This document shows, piece after piece, positions 27,554 to 37,810 of a stretch of DNA of 64,000 nucleotides. The translations under genes and the position numbers were made by a program. Under the pieces are notes generated by a model that was given only the letters and a program-made list of their open reading frames with translations, did not search any database and was not told where the DNA came from. Numbering within the stretch: the first letter of the stretch is position 1; each line of letters starts with the position of its first letter. The stretch is from an uncultured Prolixibacteraceae bacterium (GTDB lineage Bacteria; Bacteroidota; Bacteroidia; Bacteroidales; FEN-979). The stretch lies in the NCBI GenBank assembly GCA_964616825.1, contig CAZTSX010000010.1, forward strand, positions 525-64,524, read 5' to 3'.

Positions 27554-29845
27554 ATGAAGCGCTTATACAAGATTCTTATCTGGATCATAGGGAGCCTCCT
27601 GGGACTACTCCTGCTGATTCTTCTGGCAGCGCCTCCAATCACCCGGTTCGTGATTGAAAGCAACAGTGAAGAGTGGATCGGACGTACCGTTGAAATTGAT
27701 AAACTGGGAATTAATCTCCTCAACGGTCGTATTAACATCAAAGACCTTGCGCTGTATGAAGCGAATCAGGATACAGTTTTCTTTCACATGAATCACATCC
27801 TGTTGGATATCAATATCTGGAAACTTATCTGGGGAACTTATCATATCGAACAACTCCATATCGTGGATCCGTTTGTCAGGATCATTCAACATGGCGACTC
27901 GATGAACTTCTCTGATTTTATGATCCGGTTTCCAGCAGATACATCTGCAAAACCTGTCGATACCACAACCCCCGAAGAGATCAGGTATGTATTAGAAGAT
28001 CTCTCAATCTCCGGTGGCAATATTCACTATATCAACCACGACTTTGGTGCTGATATTCAGATTGTTGAGATGACATTGGACATTCCTGCAGTAGCCTGGG
28101 ATGATCCGGAATTGGGTCTCGAATACAGCCTTTCGCTTGCATCCGGAGGAAATGTAAAAGGAAGTTTTCACCTGAACCGGCAGAGTCTTGATTACACTCA
28201 GCAAGTAGACATAGACAGCCTCAATATCTCCTTCATCCTCCCTTACCTGAAACCCTATTTAAAGATAAAACAGCTTGACGGAGCTGCATTCATAACTATG
28301 GCTACCGGGGGAAATATCAACGATCCATACAGAACGGCAATGCAGGGCCAGGTAAACATTCGGGATTTTGATCTGATGGGATCGGCTGAACAAAAAAAGG
28401 TTGCCTTTGATCAGTTCAGCATCGCCTTTGACTCCATGAATACCTACCAGGGCTTCGCGACAATCGGAGACATCCTGCTTGACGGACTGTACCTGAAAGA
28501 GGAGCGGTTCGATAGTATCGACTCCTTCTCGCGAATGATCATCCGGAATTTCGACGGCTATACCCCTGACGGAAAGCCTCCTGATTCCACTTTCATCATT
28601 GCCAGCCAATCAAATCCGGTGATTCTGCTGAAGGACTATATCGAAAAGATGCAGGAGGTGGTGGTGATTGACTCTTATTTCGTCAAGCAGATCCAGCTTT
28701 CCAACGGGAAAATGGATTTCGTTGATCATACCTTGCTTGAGCCCAGTTCCACAAATATCGATAAACTGACTCTGGCTATCAAGAATATCTCTTCAGATAA
28801 AAACAGCAAGCGGGCAACCGGAACATTCAGTACGCGGGTTGAGGGGGATGGATGGATCAAAGCTGCATTCTCATTCTACGCATATGAACCTTTTGATTTC
28901 GATGCGACTTACCAACTGAAGAATGTTGCTCTAGTCGATTACAATCCATATTCTGTCTGGTATACGGATTACCCATTTAAAAAAGGGCAGATCTTCTACA
29001 ATGGAACCATCTCTTCCAGGAATCATGTAGTTAAAATGAACAACAAATTATTTGTGAAAAATATCTACCTGGCAGAGAAGGTCGATAACAATGTGGGAAT
29101 GCACCTTCCGCTGAAGCTGATCCTGGCTATCATCCGTGATAAAGAGGGAAATATTTCACTCGAATTTCCGGTGGAAGGAGATCTGAAAGATCCTAAAATC
29201 AACTATTGGAATCTGATCGGCCAGGCATTGAAGAATCTCTTTAAGAAAATCTTCTCCCCACCATCAAAGCAACTGGCGATAATATACGGGGAAAAGGTGA
29301 AGCTATTCAAGGAGATTCCATTTAATTACGGACAGGTTCAGGCAAACAAGAAGCAGGAGGAACAACTGACGAAGCTGGCCAGGGTGATGAAGGAGAAACC
29401 TCCGTTGATACTTGAATTTTCACAATCCATTGATACAGCGACCGAACTTGAATTTCTGGCCTGTTTCGAAGCCAAGAAACGATTCATTTTTGATACCCTT
29501 AATAAAAAAGTCCTTCCCGGTTCCATTACCCAGGCCAAACGAAGGCAGATCAACAACCTCTCCAACACCAATAAGAAATTCAATCAGTGGCTCGACAAAC
29601 AGCTGGCTAATACCGATCCGGAGCTCTCTCCGCTGGAGAAATGCTTGCGCTTAATTGATGAGGCAGAGTTACTGGCAATCCAACAAACCAGGATGGAAAA
29701 AAGAAACCTAATAGTCGAAAATTACCTGCTGAATTCTCTCGGCATTCCCAATTCCCGTTTTAAGGTATATACAAATCGTGACCCGGAACAAATCCCTGAT
29801 AAAGACAGGCCTCGTTACCTGATCTTCTTTTCAATTGAAGAATAA
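27554..29845 (+). CDS. DUF748/AsmA-like envelope protein
   Basis: N-terminal TM, repeated beta-rich segments, LPLKLILAIIRDKEGNISLEFPVEGDLKDP motif typical of DUF748 proteins. Confidence 0.8.
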   Translation: MKRLYKILIWIIGSLLGLLLLILLAAPPITRFVIESNSEEWIGRTVEIDKLGINLLNGRINIKDLALYEANQDTVFFHMNHILLDINIWKLIWGTYHIEQLHIVDPFVRIIQHGDSMNFSDFMIRFPADTSAKPVDTTTPEEIRYVLEDLSISGGNIHYINHDFGADIQIVEMTLDIPAVAWDDPELGLEYSLSLASGGNVKGSFHLNRQSLDYTQQVDIDSLNISFILPYLKPYLKIKQLDGAAFITMATGGNINDPYRTAMQGQVNIRDFDLMGSAEQKKVAFDQFSIAFDSMNTYQGFATIGDILLDGLYLKEERFDSIDSFSRMIIRNFDGYTPDGKPPDSTFIIASQSNPVILLKDYIEKMQEVVVIDSYFVKQIQLSNGKMDFVDHTLLEPSSTNIDKLTLAIKNISSDKNSKRATGTFSTRVEGDGWIKAAFSFYAYEPFDFDATYQLKNVALVDYNPYSVWYTDYPFKKGQIFYNGTISSRNHVVKMNNKLFVKNIYLAEKVDNNVGMHLPLKLILAIIRDKEGNISLEFPVEGDLKDPKINYWNLIGQALKNLFKKIFSPPSKQLAIIYGEKVKLFKEIPFNYGQVQANKKQEEQLTKLARVMKEKPPLILEFSQSIDTATELEFLACFEAKKRFIFDTLNKKVLPGSITQAKRRQINNLSNTNKKFNQWLDKQLANTDPELSPLEKCLRLIDEAELLAIQQTRMEKRNLIVENYLLNSLGIPNSRFKVYTNRDPEQIPDKDRPRYLIFFSIEE

Positions 29846-29850
29846 AATCC

Positions 29851-29858
29851 TATATTTG
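29851..29858 (+). promoter_or_regulatory. Bacteroidota -7 element (TATATTTG) upstream of the response regulator
   Basis: TAnnTTTG match 5 nt before ATG 29864. Confidence 0.55.
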
Positions 29859-29863
29859 CGTTT

Positions 29864-30223
29864 ATGAAAAAGGTGTTAATCATTGACGATGACAAGGTGT
29901 TCAGAACCTCATTAACAAAAATGCTTGTCAAGGCCGGTTATGCAACGGTTACAGCCAGTGAAGGTGAAGAGGGATTAACCCTCTTTAAAGAAGGAGATAT
30001 TGACCTGGTAATTACAGATATCATCATGCCCAGGATGGAAGGCATAGAAACCATCGTTGAACTCCGTAAGTTACAGTCAGATTTGAAGATCATTGCTATA
30101 TCAGGAGGAGGAAAGTTACCACCTGAAAAACACCTGCAAAATGCCAAAGCACTCAAAGTCAATGCCGTCCTTAAAAAACCATTTTCATTCAAACAGCTTG
30201 AAGCGATTTTGAGTACCCTGTGA
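29864..30223 (+). CDS. Single-domain response regulator (receiver)
   Basis: LIIDDD, LVITDIIMP (phospho-acceptor Asp), AISG, KPF. Confidence 0.92.
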   Translation: MKKVLIIDDDKVFRTSLTKMLVKAGYATVTASEGEEGLTLFKEGDIDLVITDIIMPRMEGIETIVELRKLQSDLKIIAISGGGKLPPEKHLQNAKALKVNAVLKKPFSFKQLEAILSTL

Positions 30224-30231
30224 TCAGAACA

Positions 30232-30792
30232 TTACAGACCGATTTCCTCCGCCACAGGCAACATTGATTCGATCGCCAGGGCGGCAAATTCGGGTAACGG
30301 AATCCCGATTTTTTCACACTCCAGGATGATTTCCCGATTTACTGAGGCAGCAAACGCCTTCGCTTTCATTCGTTTCACAACCGACTTTGGCTTTACGCTG
30401 GAAAGTTTTTTATCCGGATAAACGTAGGTGGTTGCAAAAATTAACCCGGTAATGGTCTCTCCCGCAGCCAGCGCATGCTGGAATTCAGTGTGCCGGTCTT
30501 TCCCTGAAGAGCATTCGTTGTGCATCCGGATCACATCCAGGATCTCCGGATCGACATCATAATCCTTCAGTAACACCTCCGTCTGGGTACCATGAGCTGT
30601 CGGTTCGGCGTTCGTGACCTCCACATCCAGGTCGTGCAGCAACCCAGCCATCGCCCATTTTTCCTCATCCCTGCCAAGTCTCCTGGCCAATCCCCTCATG
30701 ACGGCTTCTGAGGCGAGAGAGTGAAAGATCATTTTTTCGTTCTTGATATGAGTGTTGATTAATTCAATGGCTTGTGCTCTGGTTAAAGGCAT
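30232..30792 (-). CDS. HD/HDIG-domain metal-dependent hydrolase
   Basis: HSLASE...GLLHDLD...H motifs; SVVKRMK.KAFAA.V.R segment typical of this family. Confidence 0.85.
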   Translation of the reverse strand: MPLTRAQAIELINTHIKNEKMIFHSLASEAVMRGLARRLGRDEEKWAMAGLLHDLDVEVTNAEPTAHGTQTEVLLKDYDVDPEILDVIRMHNECSSGKDRHTEFQHALAAGETITGLIFATTYVYPDKKLSSVKPKSVVKRMKAKAFAASVNREIILECEKIGIPLPEFAALAIESMLPVAEEIGL

Positions 30793-30809
30793 GTGTTAAA
30801 ATAATTAAT

Positions 30810-30950
30810 TGGCGAACTGGTGAATTGGTGAACTAGTGAGTTGAAGATTTTTAAACAAAAGTATTACCTTTTTGAAATATCTGGATTAATGAAGAAAATC
30901 ATAAAAAATAACTCACCAACTTGCAAGCTCACCAATTCGCCAACTCACCC
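30810..30950. repeat. Inverted pair of 8-bp tandem arrays (TGGTGA cores ... TCACCA cores) between divergent genes
   Basis: Cores at 30810, 30818, 30826 and 30834; reverse-complement cores at 30913, 30929, 30937 and 30945. Confidence 0.8.
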
Positions 30951-31035
30951 TCTCAAATACAGCATTTTACAAAAAAAGTGCTGCCAAACATATAACCTTT
31001 TACCCCTGAACCGGATTAATGTCTAAAAATTGAAC

Positions 31036-33501
31036 ATGAAACGAATCAGGATTACTTGGGCTTTGCTTTTGACGTTGGGTTTTTTGGGTCCCAGTTGTGT
31101 GATCGGCAACGAAATCTCATCTGCACAATCGGGGAACTGGGGCAGCACGACCACATGGGTTGGAGGTGAAATTCCCACCGATAACGACAATGTGACCATC
31201 CTGGATGGACATACTGTAGTAGTTGAAGCGAGCGGGAAACATTGTGGAGACCTCACCGTACATACAGGAGGGAAACTCTATACGAATAACTCATCAACAG
31301 GATCTTATCCCCGATACATTTATACTTATGGGGATATCCTTTGTCATGGTCAGATCGGTAACGGAGTAATATACGATCGGATCGGGTTCAATATCGAAGG
31401 AACTTCCTGTACTATCTCGGGAAACGGGATATTTAATGCATCCCGAATCCGGAAGTATAAAAATGATCATGATACCACCACATTGACAATCTACATGCTT
31501 GTTTCGTTAGATTATGGAGGAACCGCATTCTACAACAACAAATCGGGCACTGTATTCAACTTGATCGTCGAAGAGGGGGATACACTTACAATACCCGGTG
31601 ACGGAATTTCGGCCGGGAACATCGCTATCGACGGTATCAACGGGGGTGCCAGTTCCACTGGCGGCGGGTCAATCACGGTGGATGGAACCCTCCTGGTATC
31701 CGGGATCCTTTATCTGACAAACAGCAATTCGGCCAATCCGGTTTCTGTTGTAATTCACGATGGAGGTGTGATCGAGACAGCCTCAATCAACTGTCCGAAC
31801 AGCGGTTCATCCGGTCATACATTTACCATCAACAACGGGGGGCAACTTACCCTGACCTCAGGTGATTGGGGCGAGATCGGATTTACGAACAATAGTTACA
31901 TTTTTGAAACCGGATCTACTGTCGAATACTCTGGTGACACCGCACAAACTGTCGGGAATCCTTCCAGCTACCATCATTTGGTAATATCGGGAACAGGGCT
32001 GAAAACCATCAGTACCGATCTGGAATCGGGGGGAAATCTATCAATAGAAGACAGTGCCACACTGGAACTGGAAGCCGGAAAATCATTTACCGTATCAGGA
32101 AATTGTACGCTCTCAGGGGAGGAGTGCATGTTGTTGAAATCGCCTGCTGATTCCGGAGCTACCGCTTCCTTCATCCACAACGGATCAATAAGCGGTAATG
32201 GAACAGTGACGATCGAGAGATATATTAAAAAATACCAGAGTACGGATGATTCAAGGTATCATATGCTATCCAGCCCTGTTACGTCCCAGGCTATCCAACC
32301 CGAATTTGTCGGCGATCCCCCTGAAGCGGAAGTTGATTTTTACCGGTGGGAAGAGACAACCGGAACATGGATCAACTGCAAAGACGAAACCGGGATGTGG
32401 AATACCGTTTTCCAGGCAGGCGACAACCGGAACTTCATTCCGGTTCGCGGTTACCTGGTGGCCTATCCTGAAGATGTGACAAAGAGTTTTACCGGCTCCC
32501 TGAATACCGGGGATCTTTCGCCAGGCATTACATATACTTCAGGAGTTTATGCCGGTTTCAACCTGACCGGCAATCCATTTACATCGGCATTGAATGGAGA
32601 GATCGATAGTTGGGTGAAGAGCAATGTCGATAACGCGATCTGGGTGTGGGATGGTGAAACAGGGAATTATAAGAGCTGGAATGGAAGTGTAGGGACGCTG
32701 ACAGATGGGATCATTCCGGCAATGCAGGGCTTTTTTGTTCATACGAATAGCTCTTCTCCTTCGCTCACCATTCCTGCCTCGTCCCGCGTTCATGCCACGC
32801 AAACGTTCTACAAAATAACGCTGGAAAACACCCTTTATATAACTGTAAAGATGGATCGGTTGCGTGATGGTGTAGTCATTCAATGTAACGACTCAGCTTC
32901 CGTAAGTTACGATGGCAACTATGATGTCCTGAAAATGTTCGGATCGCAGGATGCCCCACAGATTTTCATCGAAGAGGATGAGATTAATCTCTCAATAGAT
33001 GTCCGTCCATCGGGTGCATCTGGGTGGTATTTTCCACTTGGATTCATTGCAGGAAACACAGGCGAACATCAATTGATATTCGAAGGGGTTGAAACCTTCC
33101 TGACAGGAGAAAATATTTATCTTGAAGATCATCTGGAGCAACTGATAACGAATTTACGAACCGATACGGTCTACTCATTCTATGCGGAGGAAGGCCCTCA
33201 ATCCGACCGGTTTACTGTCAGGTTTGGAGACCCGGCCTCACTCAGTCAAACAGAAAGCGAACAGCATATTACACTTATGACTAGAGGCAATATTCTGATT
33301 ATCAATGGTCTGAACAACTCACACTATTCCACATATACACAGCTTTATGACCTGACTGGCAGAATGGTTCATGCTCAACATGTGAAATCAGATAATAACC
33401 AAATAGAGACTTCAGTTCCTGCGGGATATTACCTTGTCAGAATAGATACCGGAAAAGAGATCCTAACCAGGAAAATCTACTTATCCGGAAAGATTAATTG
33501 A
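31036..33501 (+). CDS. T9SS type A sorting-domain protein (beta-helix-like passenger)
   Basis: Signal peptide; SAQSGNW..TTW start; Gly/Thr/Asn-rich body; GFNLTGNPF.S; C-terminal LYDLTGR...GYYLVRI..KI CTD. Confidence 0.85.
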   Translation: MKRIRITWALLLTLGFLGPSCVIGNEISSAQSGNWGSTTTWVGGEIPTDNDNVTILDGHTVVVEASGKHCGDLTVHTGGKLYTNNSSTGSYPRYIYTYGDILCHGQIGNGVIYDRIGFNIEGTSCTISGNGIFNASRIRKYKNDHDTTTLTIYMLVSLDYGGTAFYNNKSGTVFNLIVEEGDTLTIPGDGISAGNIAIDGINGGASSTGGGSITVDGTLLVSGILYLTNSNSANPVSVVIHDGGVIETASINCPNSGSSGHTFTINNGGQLTLTSGDWGEIGFTNNSYIFETGSTVEYSGDTAQTVGNPSSYHHLVISGTGLKTISTDLESGGNLSIEDSATLELEAGKSFTVSGNCTLSGEECMLLKSPADSGATASFIHNGSISGNGTVTIERYIKKYQSTDDSRYHMLSSPVTSQAIQPEFVGDPPEAEVDFYRWEETTGTWINCKDETGMWNTVFQAGDNRNFIPVRGYLVAYPEDVTKSFTGSLNTGDLSPGITYTSGVYAGFNLTGNPFTSALNGEIDSWVKSNVDNAIWVWDGETGNYKSWNGSVGTLTDGIIPAMQGFFVHTNSSSPSLTIPASSRVHATQTFYKITLENTLYITVKMDRLRDGVVIQCNDSASVSYDGNYDVLKMFGSQDAPQIFIEEDEINLSIDVRPSGASGWYFPLGFIAGNTGEHQLIFEGVETFLTGENIYLEDHLEQLITNLRTDTVYSFYAEEGPQSDRFTVRFGDPASLSQTESEQHITLMTRGNILIINGLNNSHYSTYTQLYDLTGRMVHAQHVKSDNNQIETSVPAGYYLVRIDTGKEILTRKIYLSGKIN

Positions 33502-33522
33502 AGATAACAAGATCACAAAGAG

Positions 33523-33759
33523 ATGAAAAAGAATTGGAAAGTAATTGGTTTGGGGATTATTTGCTGGGCAGGGATCTCCATTTCGGGATGGGCAGATCCA
33601 CCGGATACCCCCCCTCCTATGCCTGGTAATCATGGCCAGAATGGAAATGCACCTGTAGGAGCACCAATTGATGGCGGACTGGGAATCTTACTGGCGCTGG
33701 GTGCTACTTATGGAAGCAGAAAGGCGTATCAAGCGTGGAAGAAAAAACGTGAGACGTAG
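33523..33759 (+). CDS. Small PID-CTERM sorting-domain protein
   Basis: Signal peptide, short Pro/Gly spacer, PIDGGLGILLALGATYG plus basic tail. Confidence 0.78.
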   Translation: MKKNWKVIGLGIICWAGISISGWADPPDTPPPMPGNHGQNGNAPVGAPIDGGLGILLALGATYGSRKAYQAWKKKRET

Positions 33760-33771
33760 GACGTGAGACGT
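33747..33771. repeat. 7-bp tandem array (GAGACGT) containing the PID-CTERM stop codon
   Basis: acgt-gagacgt-aggacgt-gagacgt between convergent genes. Confidence 0.6.
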
Positions 33772-33777
33772 ATCTTA

Positions 33778-34236
33778 TCAACGCTTCTTCTCGAAAAATA
33801 CCTTCAACAATTTACTGCATTGTTCCGCGAGGATTCCAGAGGTTACCTTTGTCTTCGGATGTAGCAGAGGGTGCTCCACCAACCTGAAGCCCCGTTTTTC
33901 ATCCTCAGCGCCAAATACAATTCTCCCGATCTGTGTCCAGAAAGCTGCTCCGGCACACATCACACAGGGCTCCAGTGTTACATAAAGAGTACATTCGTTC
34001 AGGTATTTTCCTCCCAGGTTCGATGAAGCAGCTGTGAATGCCTGCATCTCCGCATGAGCAGTTACATCGTTCAGGATTTCGGTCAGGTTATGAGCCCGGG
34101 CCAGTACCTCATTTTCACATACGATGACAGCTCCCGCCGGGACTTCCTGTTTGTCAAATGCTTTGGCTGCTTCCTTCAGCGCCTCATTCATGAAGTATTC
34201 ATCGGAAAAGAGTTCGTATGAAGTACCGGAAGGCAT
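33778..34236 (-). CDS. tadA: tRNA-specific adenosine deaminase
   Basis: EVPAGAV, TAHAE, TLEPCVMC, FGAED.KRG. Confidence 0.9.
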   Translation of the reverse strand: MPSGTSYELFSDEYFMNEALKEAAKAFDKQEVPAGAVIVCENEVLARAHNLTEILNDVTAHAEMQAFTAASSNLGGKYLNECTLYVTLEPCVMCAGAAFWTQIGRIVFGAEDEKRGFRLVEHPLLHPKTKVTSGILAEQCSKLLKVFFEKKR

Positions 34237-34262
34237 AGAAAAAAGCTTTTTTCAACGTTCGC

Positions 34263-37016
34263 TTACAATAAAATCACTTTCTCTGAAGCAACAACTTTTC
34301 CTTTCTCTTCAAGAACAAGGATGTAGATGCCTTTAGCCTGGCCTGTTAAATCAATCCGGGTCGAGAGCTTTCCGTCTGTCTGAAAACTCTCTGTGAAAAC
34401 AGCCTGACCCGTGGTATTGATAAGTTTGACTTTCACTGTAACCGGGGTTATCAGATCAAATGAAATATTCACCTGGTTTGTAGCCGGATTTGGATATAGT
34501 GCCAGCGCTGGTTTTGATTGCTCATCCATCCCAACCACAGCATCCCAGGTGGTGGTAAACAGTCCACGACCATGTGAGGCAGCCAAAACCGTATTGTCCG
34601 CTTTCCGGAATCGAAGCATATCTGTTCTTACATTCGCCATGCCATCGGTGACCGGTTCCCAGAGTACTGGGGTAGTCAGAATATCTTCTGTCATCCAGAC
34701 ACCTGTTTCGGTAGCCAGCATTACATTGCGAGAATAATCCGGGTGGATCAATGCCCAGCGGATCGGCATATCCGGAAGGTTGGCTTCTACATCTGTCCAG
34801 CTCTGACCACCATTAGCAGTGACCCAAACTGATGGAATACCATAATTGGAGAAGGTCACTACCAGTGTATCTTCTGAGGCTCCAACCGCAATACAGGAGA
34901 TATTTCCGACAGGAAAGTTGGAGCTTCCTATTTCATTGATTACAGGGGTATTATTGATATTCTCGACTTTAAATACCCTTCCCTCTTGATTTCCTATGAA
35001 AATAGTAGCCTGACCCGTCGGGGAGTGAGGGGAATAGGTCACAGCAGAAAAGTAGAGACTCGATCCTGTATTGATGTTGATGTATGAGCCCTGCTCGTTT
35101 CCTGTGATATTTCGAAGCCGCAATATATGATCAGCATAATTCCCCACGAAATCGACAGCATTGGCATAAATCTCGTTGCGATGAAAATCAAAAGCGGCAG
35201 GCGAGATAAAGGTTCCGCAATACCAATCATTCAGGCTGTTAATCCAGCTACCATTCATGTAAACATAATATCTGTTGTAGTATACTGAAGTGACCTGTAA
35301 ACTGCTTTGATTTTCATCAAAGAAGCAATAGGCTCCGTCACCCCCACTCCACATATCGTCAATCGTTAATGGATTCCCACTGTAATAGAGTGAACCGTTA
35401 TCCTGTAATCCGCCAAGGTATGATATCGCGCCAGCTGTTGGATTGATGGCGCAGGTATAGAATTGAAGGGTATTATAGTTGCTGTTTCGCTGTTCAAAAG
35501 CCGGGTAGTTGACAATCCCGTTGTAGGTATAAAATACACCGCCGTCTGTTCCAAAGAGGATCTCCTGGGATGATCCGGGTTTGTATACAATAATATGCTG
35601 ATCTGCATGAATGTAATCAGATCCTCCACCGCTGTACATTTTAGACCAGTCGCTTACCCTGTACCAATTATCTCCTCCGTTTACTGAGTGGTGCATATCC
35701 AATCCGCCGATATAAACGTTATCCGGATTATTCGGATCTACTGTAGCATCCAGCGCATGCCAGGCGATGGTGGCAAAGTTATCCCCGCTTGTCAGATCCT
35801 GAGGTAATGATTTCTCTGTCCAGGTGACTCCTTTGTCATCGGACCGGAGGACGTAGTAACAATAGAAATACCTGAAGTTGTTGGAAGACCTGATGTAACC
35901 TGATGCCACAAGAGCATATACTACATTCGCATCCGATTTGGAAGCGGCTATAATGACTCGTCCGGGAATGGGATAATCGGGGTCATTTTCGATAATAATC
36001 TTATACTCTTCATTGATAATCCAGCTGCCAGGTAAGCCCGAATCAGAATAGAGGATCGTAGCACCTCCTTCATCATCCAGGTTGGGACGGCTGCCTATAT
36101 AGATCCTTCCGTCGGGTCCCTCTTCAATACAAGCCGGAGAGTAAGGCACATCGGATCCATAAATATCCGGGAGCACCTGTTCCCATGTTACGCCCCCATC
36201 TTCAGACCGGTATAATCCATTGGAAGGTTCGCTTTGATGAACTCCATGATATTGGCCGGATACGACACCGGCGTAGATCACACTCGTTCCATTCTCATCC
36301 CGAACCAAAATGTTTGTGATGTAAACGAAGTCTGAGGTAGAGGGCATCTGTTCCCAGGTTGTTCCTCCATCTTCCGATCTCCAGATTCCCTGTCCCAGAC
36401 CAGAGCTCTCCCGATACGTGATCAAGGCTGTTTCTGGTTCACCTGTGCCTATATAGAACGTCTGCGTATTATTGGGGTCGTATGTCATGCATCGGATGCT
36501 CAGCATCGGCCAGAAGTCGCCAACGGGAACCCAGGATGAAAACTGACTGGTGATGTCGTTATTGTACCACAATCCTCCGGTAACACCACCGGCCCAAACC
36601 TTTTTCACGTCGGGATCGTTGGGATCATACATGATCGCACGGGTTCGTCCGCCCATCTCAGTACCGGTTCCCTGCCAGCTAATCGTTGATGTGCTTTTTT
36701 GAGCCTGGAGGATTTTCGTCTCCTGATACGCTTCGAGCAATCGTTCTCTTGGTACCGTTTTTGTCGCCGGATCGAGCGTCATCAAGTACTCCTGAAAGGC
36801 GGCTGCTCCAGGTTGATCAACTGATTTCCCATTGCTTTTTTCCGCTGTTACCGGTGCATGTTTGTATTCATTCAACAAGAAGGTTTCAAACTGTGTGCGT
36901 TTATCAAATTGAGCATGATTCAAAAATGAGATAAAGTCTGCAAAGACAAATGAAACTAAGATCAGTAAAGCGCCTGCAAGAAAAACAGCAGGATAATTCA
37001 ACGTTCTGGTTTTCAT
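34263..37016 (-). CDS. T9SS type A sorting-domain protein with BNR/Asp-box beta-propellers (VPS10/glycoside hydrolase-like)
   Basis: Repeated S.DGG.TW Asp-box motifs, GGRTRA, HADQH, GG.QDNG; C-terminal YPNPA...GIYIL CTD. Confidence 0.85.
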   Translation of the reverse strand: MKTRTLNYPAVFLAGALLILVSFVFADFISFLNHAQFDKRTQFETFLLNEYKHAPVTAEKSNGKSVDQPGAAAFQEYLMTLDPATKTVPRERLLEAYQETKILQAQKSTSTISWQGTGTEMGGRTRAIMYDPNDPDVKKVWAGGVTGGLWYNNDITSQFSSWVPVGDFWPMLSIRCMTYDPNNTQTFYIGTGEPETALITYRESSGLGQGIWRSEDGGTTWEQMPSTSDFVYITNILVRDENGTSVIYAGVVSGQYHGVHQSEPSNGLYRSEDGGVTWEQVLPDIYGSDVPYSPACIEEGPDGRIYIGSRPNLDDEGGATILYSDSGLPGSWIINEEYKIIIENDPDYPIPGRVIIAASKSDANVVYALVASGYIRSSNNFRYFYCYYVLRSDDKGVTWTEKSLPQDLTSGDNFATIAWHALDATVDPNNPDNVYIGGLDMHHSVNGGDNWYRVSDWSKMYSGGGSDYIHADQHIIVYKPGSSQEILFGTDGGVFYTYNGIVNYPAFEQRNSNYNTLQFYTCAINPTAGAISYLGGLQDNGSLYYSGNPLTIDDMWSGGDGAYCFFDENQSSLQVTSVYYNRYYVYMNGSWINSLNDWYCGTFISPAAFDFHRNEIYANAVDFVGNYADHILRLRNITGNEQGSYININTGSSLYFSAVTYSPHSPTGQATIFIGNQEGRVFKVENINNTPVINEIGSSNFPVGNISCIAVGASEDTLVVTFSNYGIPSVWVTANGGQSWTDVEANLPDMPIRWALIHPDYSRNVMLATETGVWMTEDILTTPVLWEPVTDGMANVRTDMLRFRKADNTVLAASHGRGLFTTTWDAVVGMDEQSKPALALYPNPATNQVNISFDLITPVTVKVKLINTTGQAVFTESFQTDGKLSTRIDLTGQAKGIYILVLEEKGKVVASEKVILL

Positions 37017-37095
37017 ATCAAAAGAAATTTGAGGGTGTAAAATCATTATTATTGGTGCCTTACAAAGATAACAGTTTTTATTCCAGAAGGTTGCG

Positions 37096-37800
37096 TCAGC
37101 GTTTATCGGTTATGCGCTGTTTCAGATCTTCCAGCTCATACGCATCGCGCAAATGATATGGGCCAATCCGGGTGCGGCAAAGCGCCCCCAGGTAAGCTCC
37201 GGTTTTCAAGGCTTTGCCGAAATCCCTGGCCAGTGCCCGAATATAGGTTCCTTTGCTACAGACAATACGGAAATGTACTTCAGGCAATGTGATTGAATCG
37301 ATCTCAAATTCAGCAATATGGACTGGTCTGCTTTCCAGGTTTACCTCTTCGGCCTGTCGGGCATAATCATACGCTCTTCTTCCTTTTACCCACACAGCTG
37401 AGAATGCCGGAGGAACCTGCATAAGATCACCTTTAAACAGATTGGAAGCATTCCGGATCATCCGTTCCGTGAGGTGATCTACCGGAAACTTGTGGTCAAT
37501 TTCACTCTCCCGGTCAAACGATGGAGTTGTAGCCCCCATGATAAATGTACCTGTGTATTCTTTTTCGAAATTTTTGAACTCTTCGATCCTCTTTGTATAA
37601 CGACCTGTACAGAGAATCAGCAACCCGGTGGCCAGTGGATCCAGCGTACCCGTATGGCCAATTTTTATCTTTTTTATCCCCATCTTAGATTTCAGGAAAT
37701 AGCGCAGGTTATTTACCACATCAAATGATGTCCACTTGAACGGCTTGTTGATCAACAACATTTCACCTTCAAGAAAGTTATATGTGCTTGGTAGACACAT
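37096..37800 (-). CDS. truB: tRNA pseudouridine(55) synthase
   Basis: INKP..WTSFDVV, KIGHTGTLDPLATG, CSKGTYIRALARD. Confidence 0.95.
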   Translation of the reverse strand: MCLPSTYNFLEGEMLLINKPFKWTSFDVVNNLRYFLKSKMGIKKIKIGHTGTLDPLATGLLILCTGRYTKRIEEFKNFEKEYTGTFIMGATTPSFDRESEIDHKFPVDHLTERMIRNASNLFKGDLMQVPPAFSAVWVKGRRAYDYARQAEEVNLESRPVHIAEFEIDSITLPEVHFRIVCSKGTYIRALARDFGKALKTGAYLGALCRTRIGPYHLRDAYELEDLKQRITDKR

Positions 37801-37810
37801 ATTAATGAAC

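Noticed and set aside
30841-31256. Short ORFs 30841..31026 (+) and 31023..31256 (-)
   Set aside because: The first reads through the TCACCA array and the second is antisense to the T9SS gene.
37090-37125. Weak 7-bp periodicity at the truB 3' end (ATAACCG ATAAACG on the minus strand)
   Set aside because: Only two similar units, which is compatible with chance.
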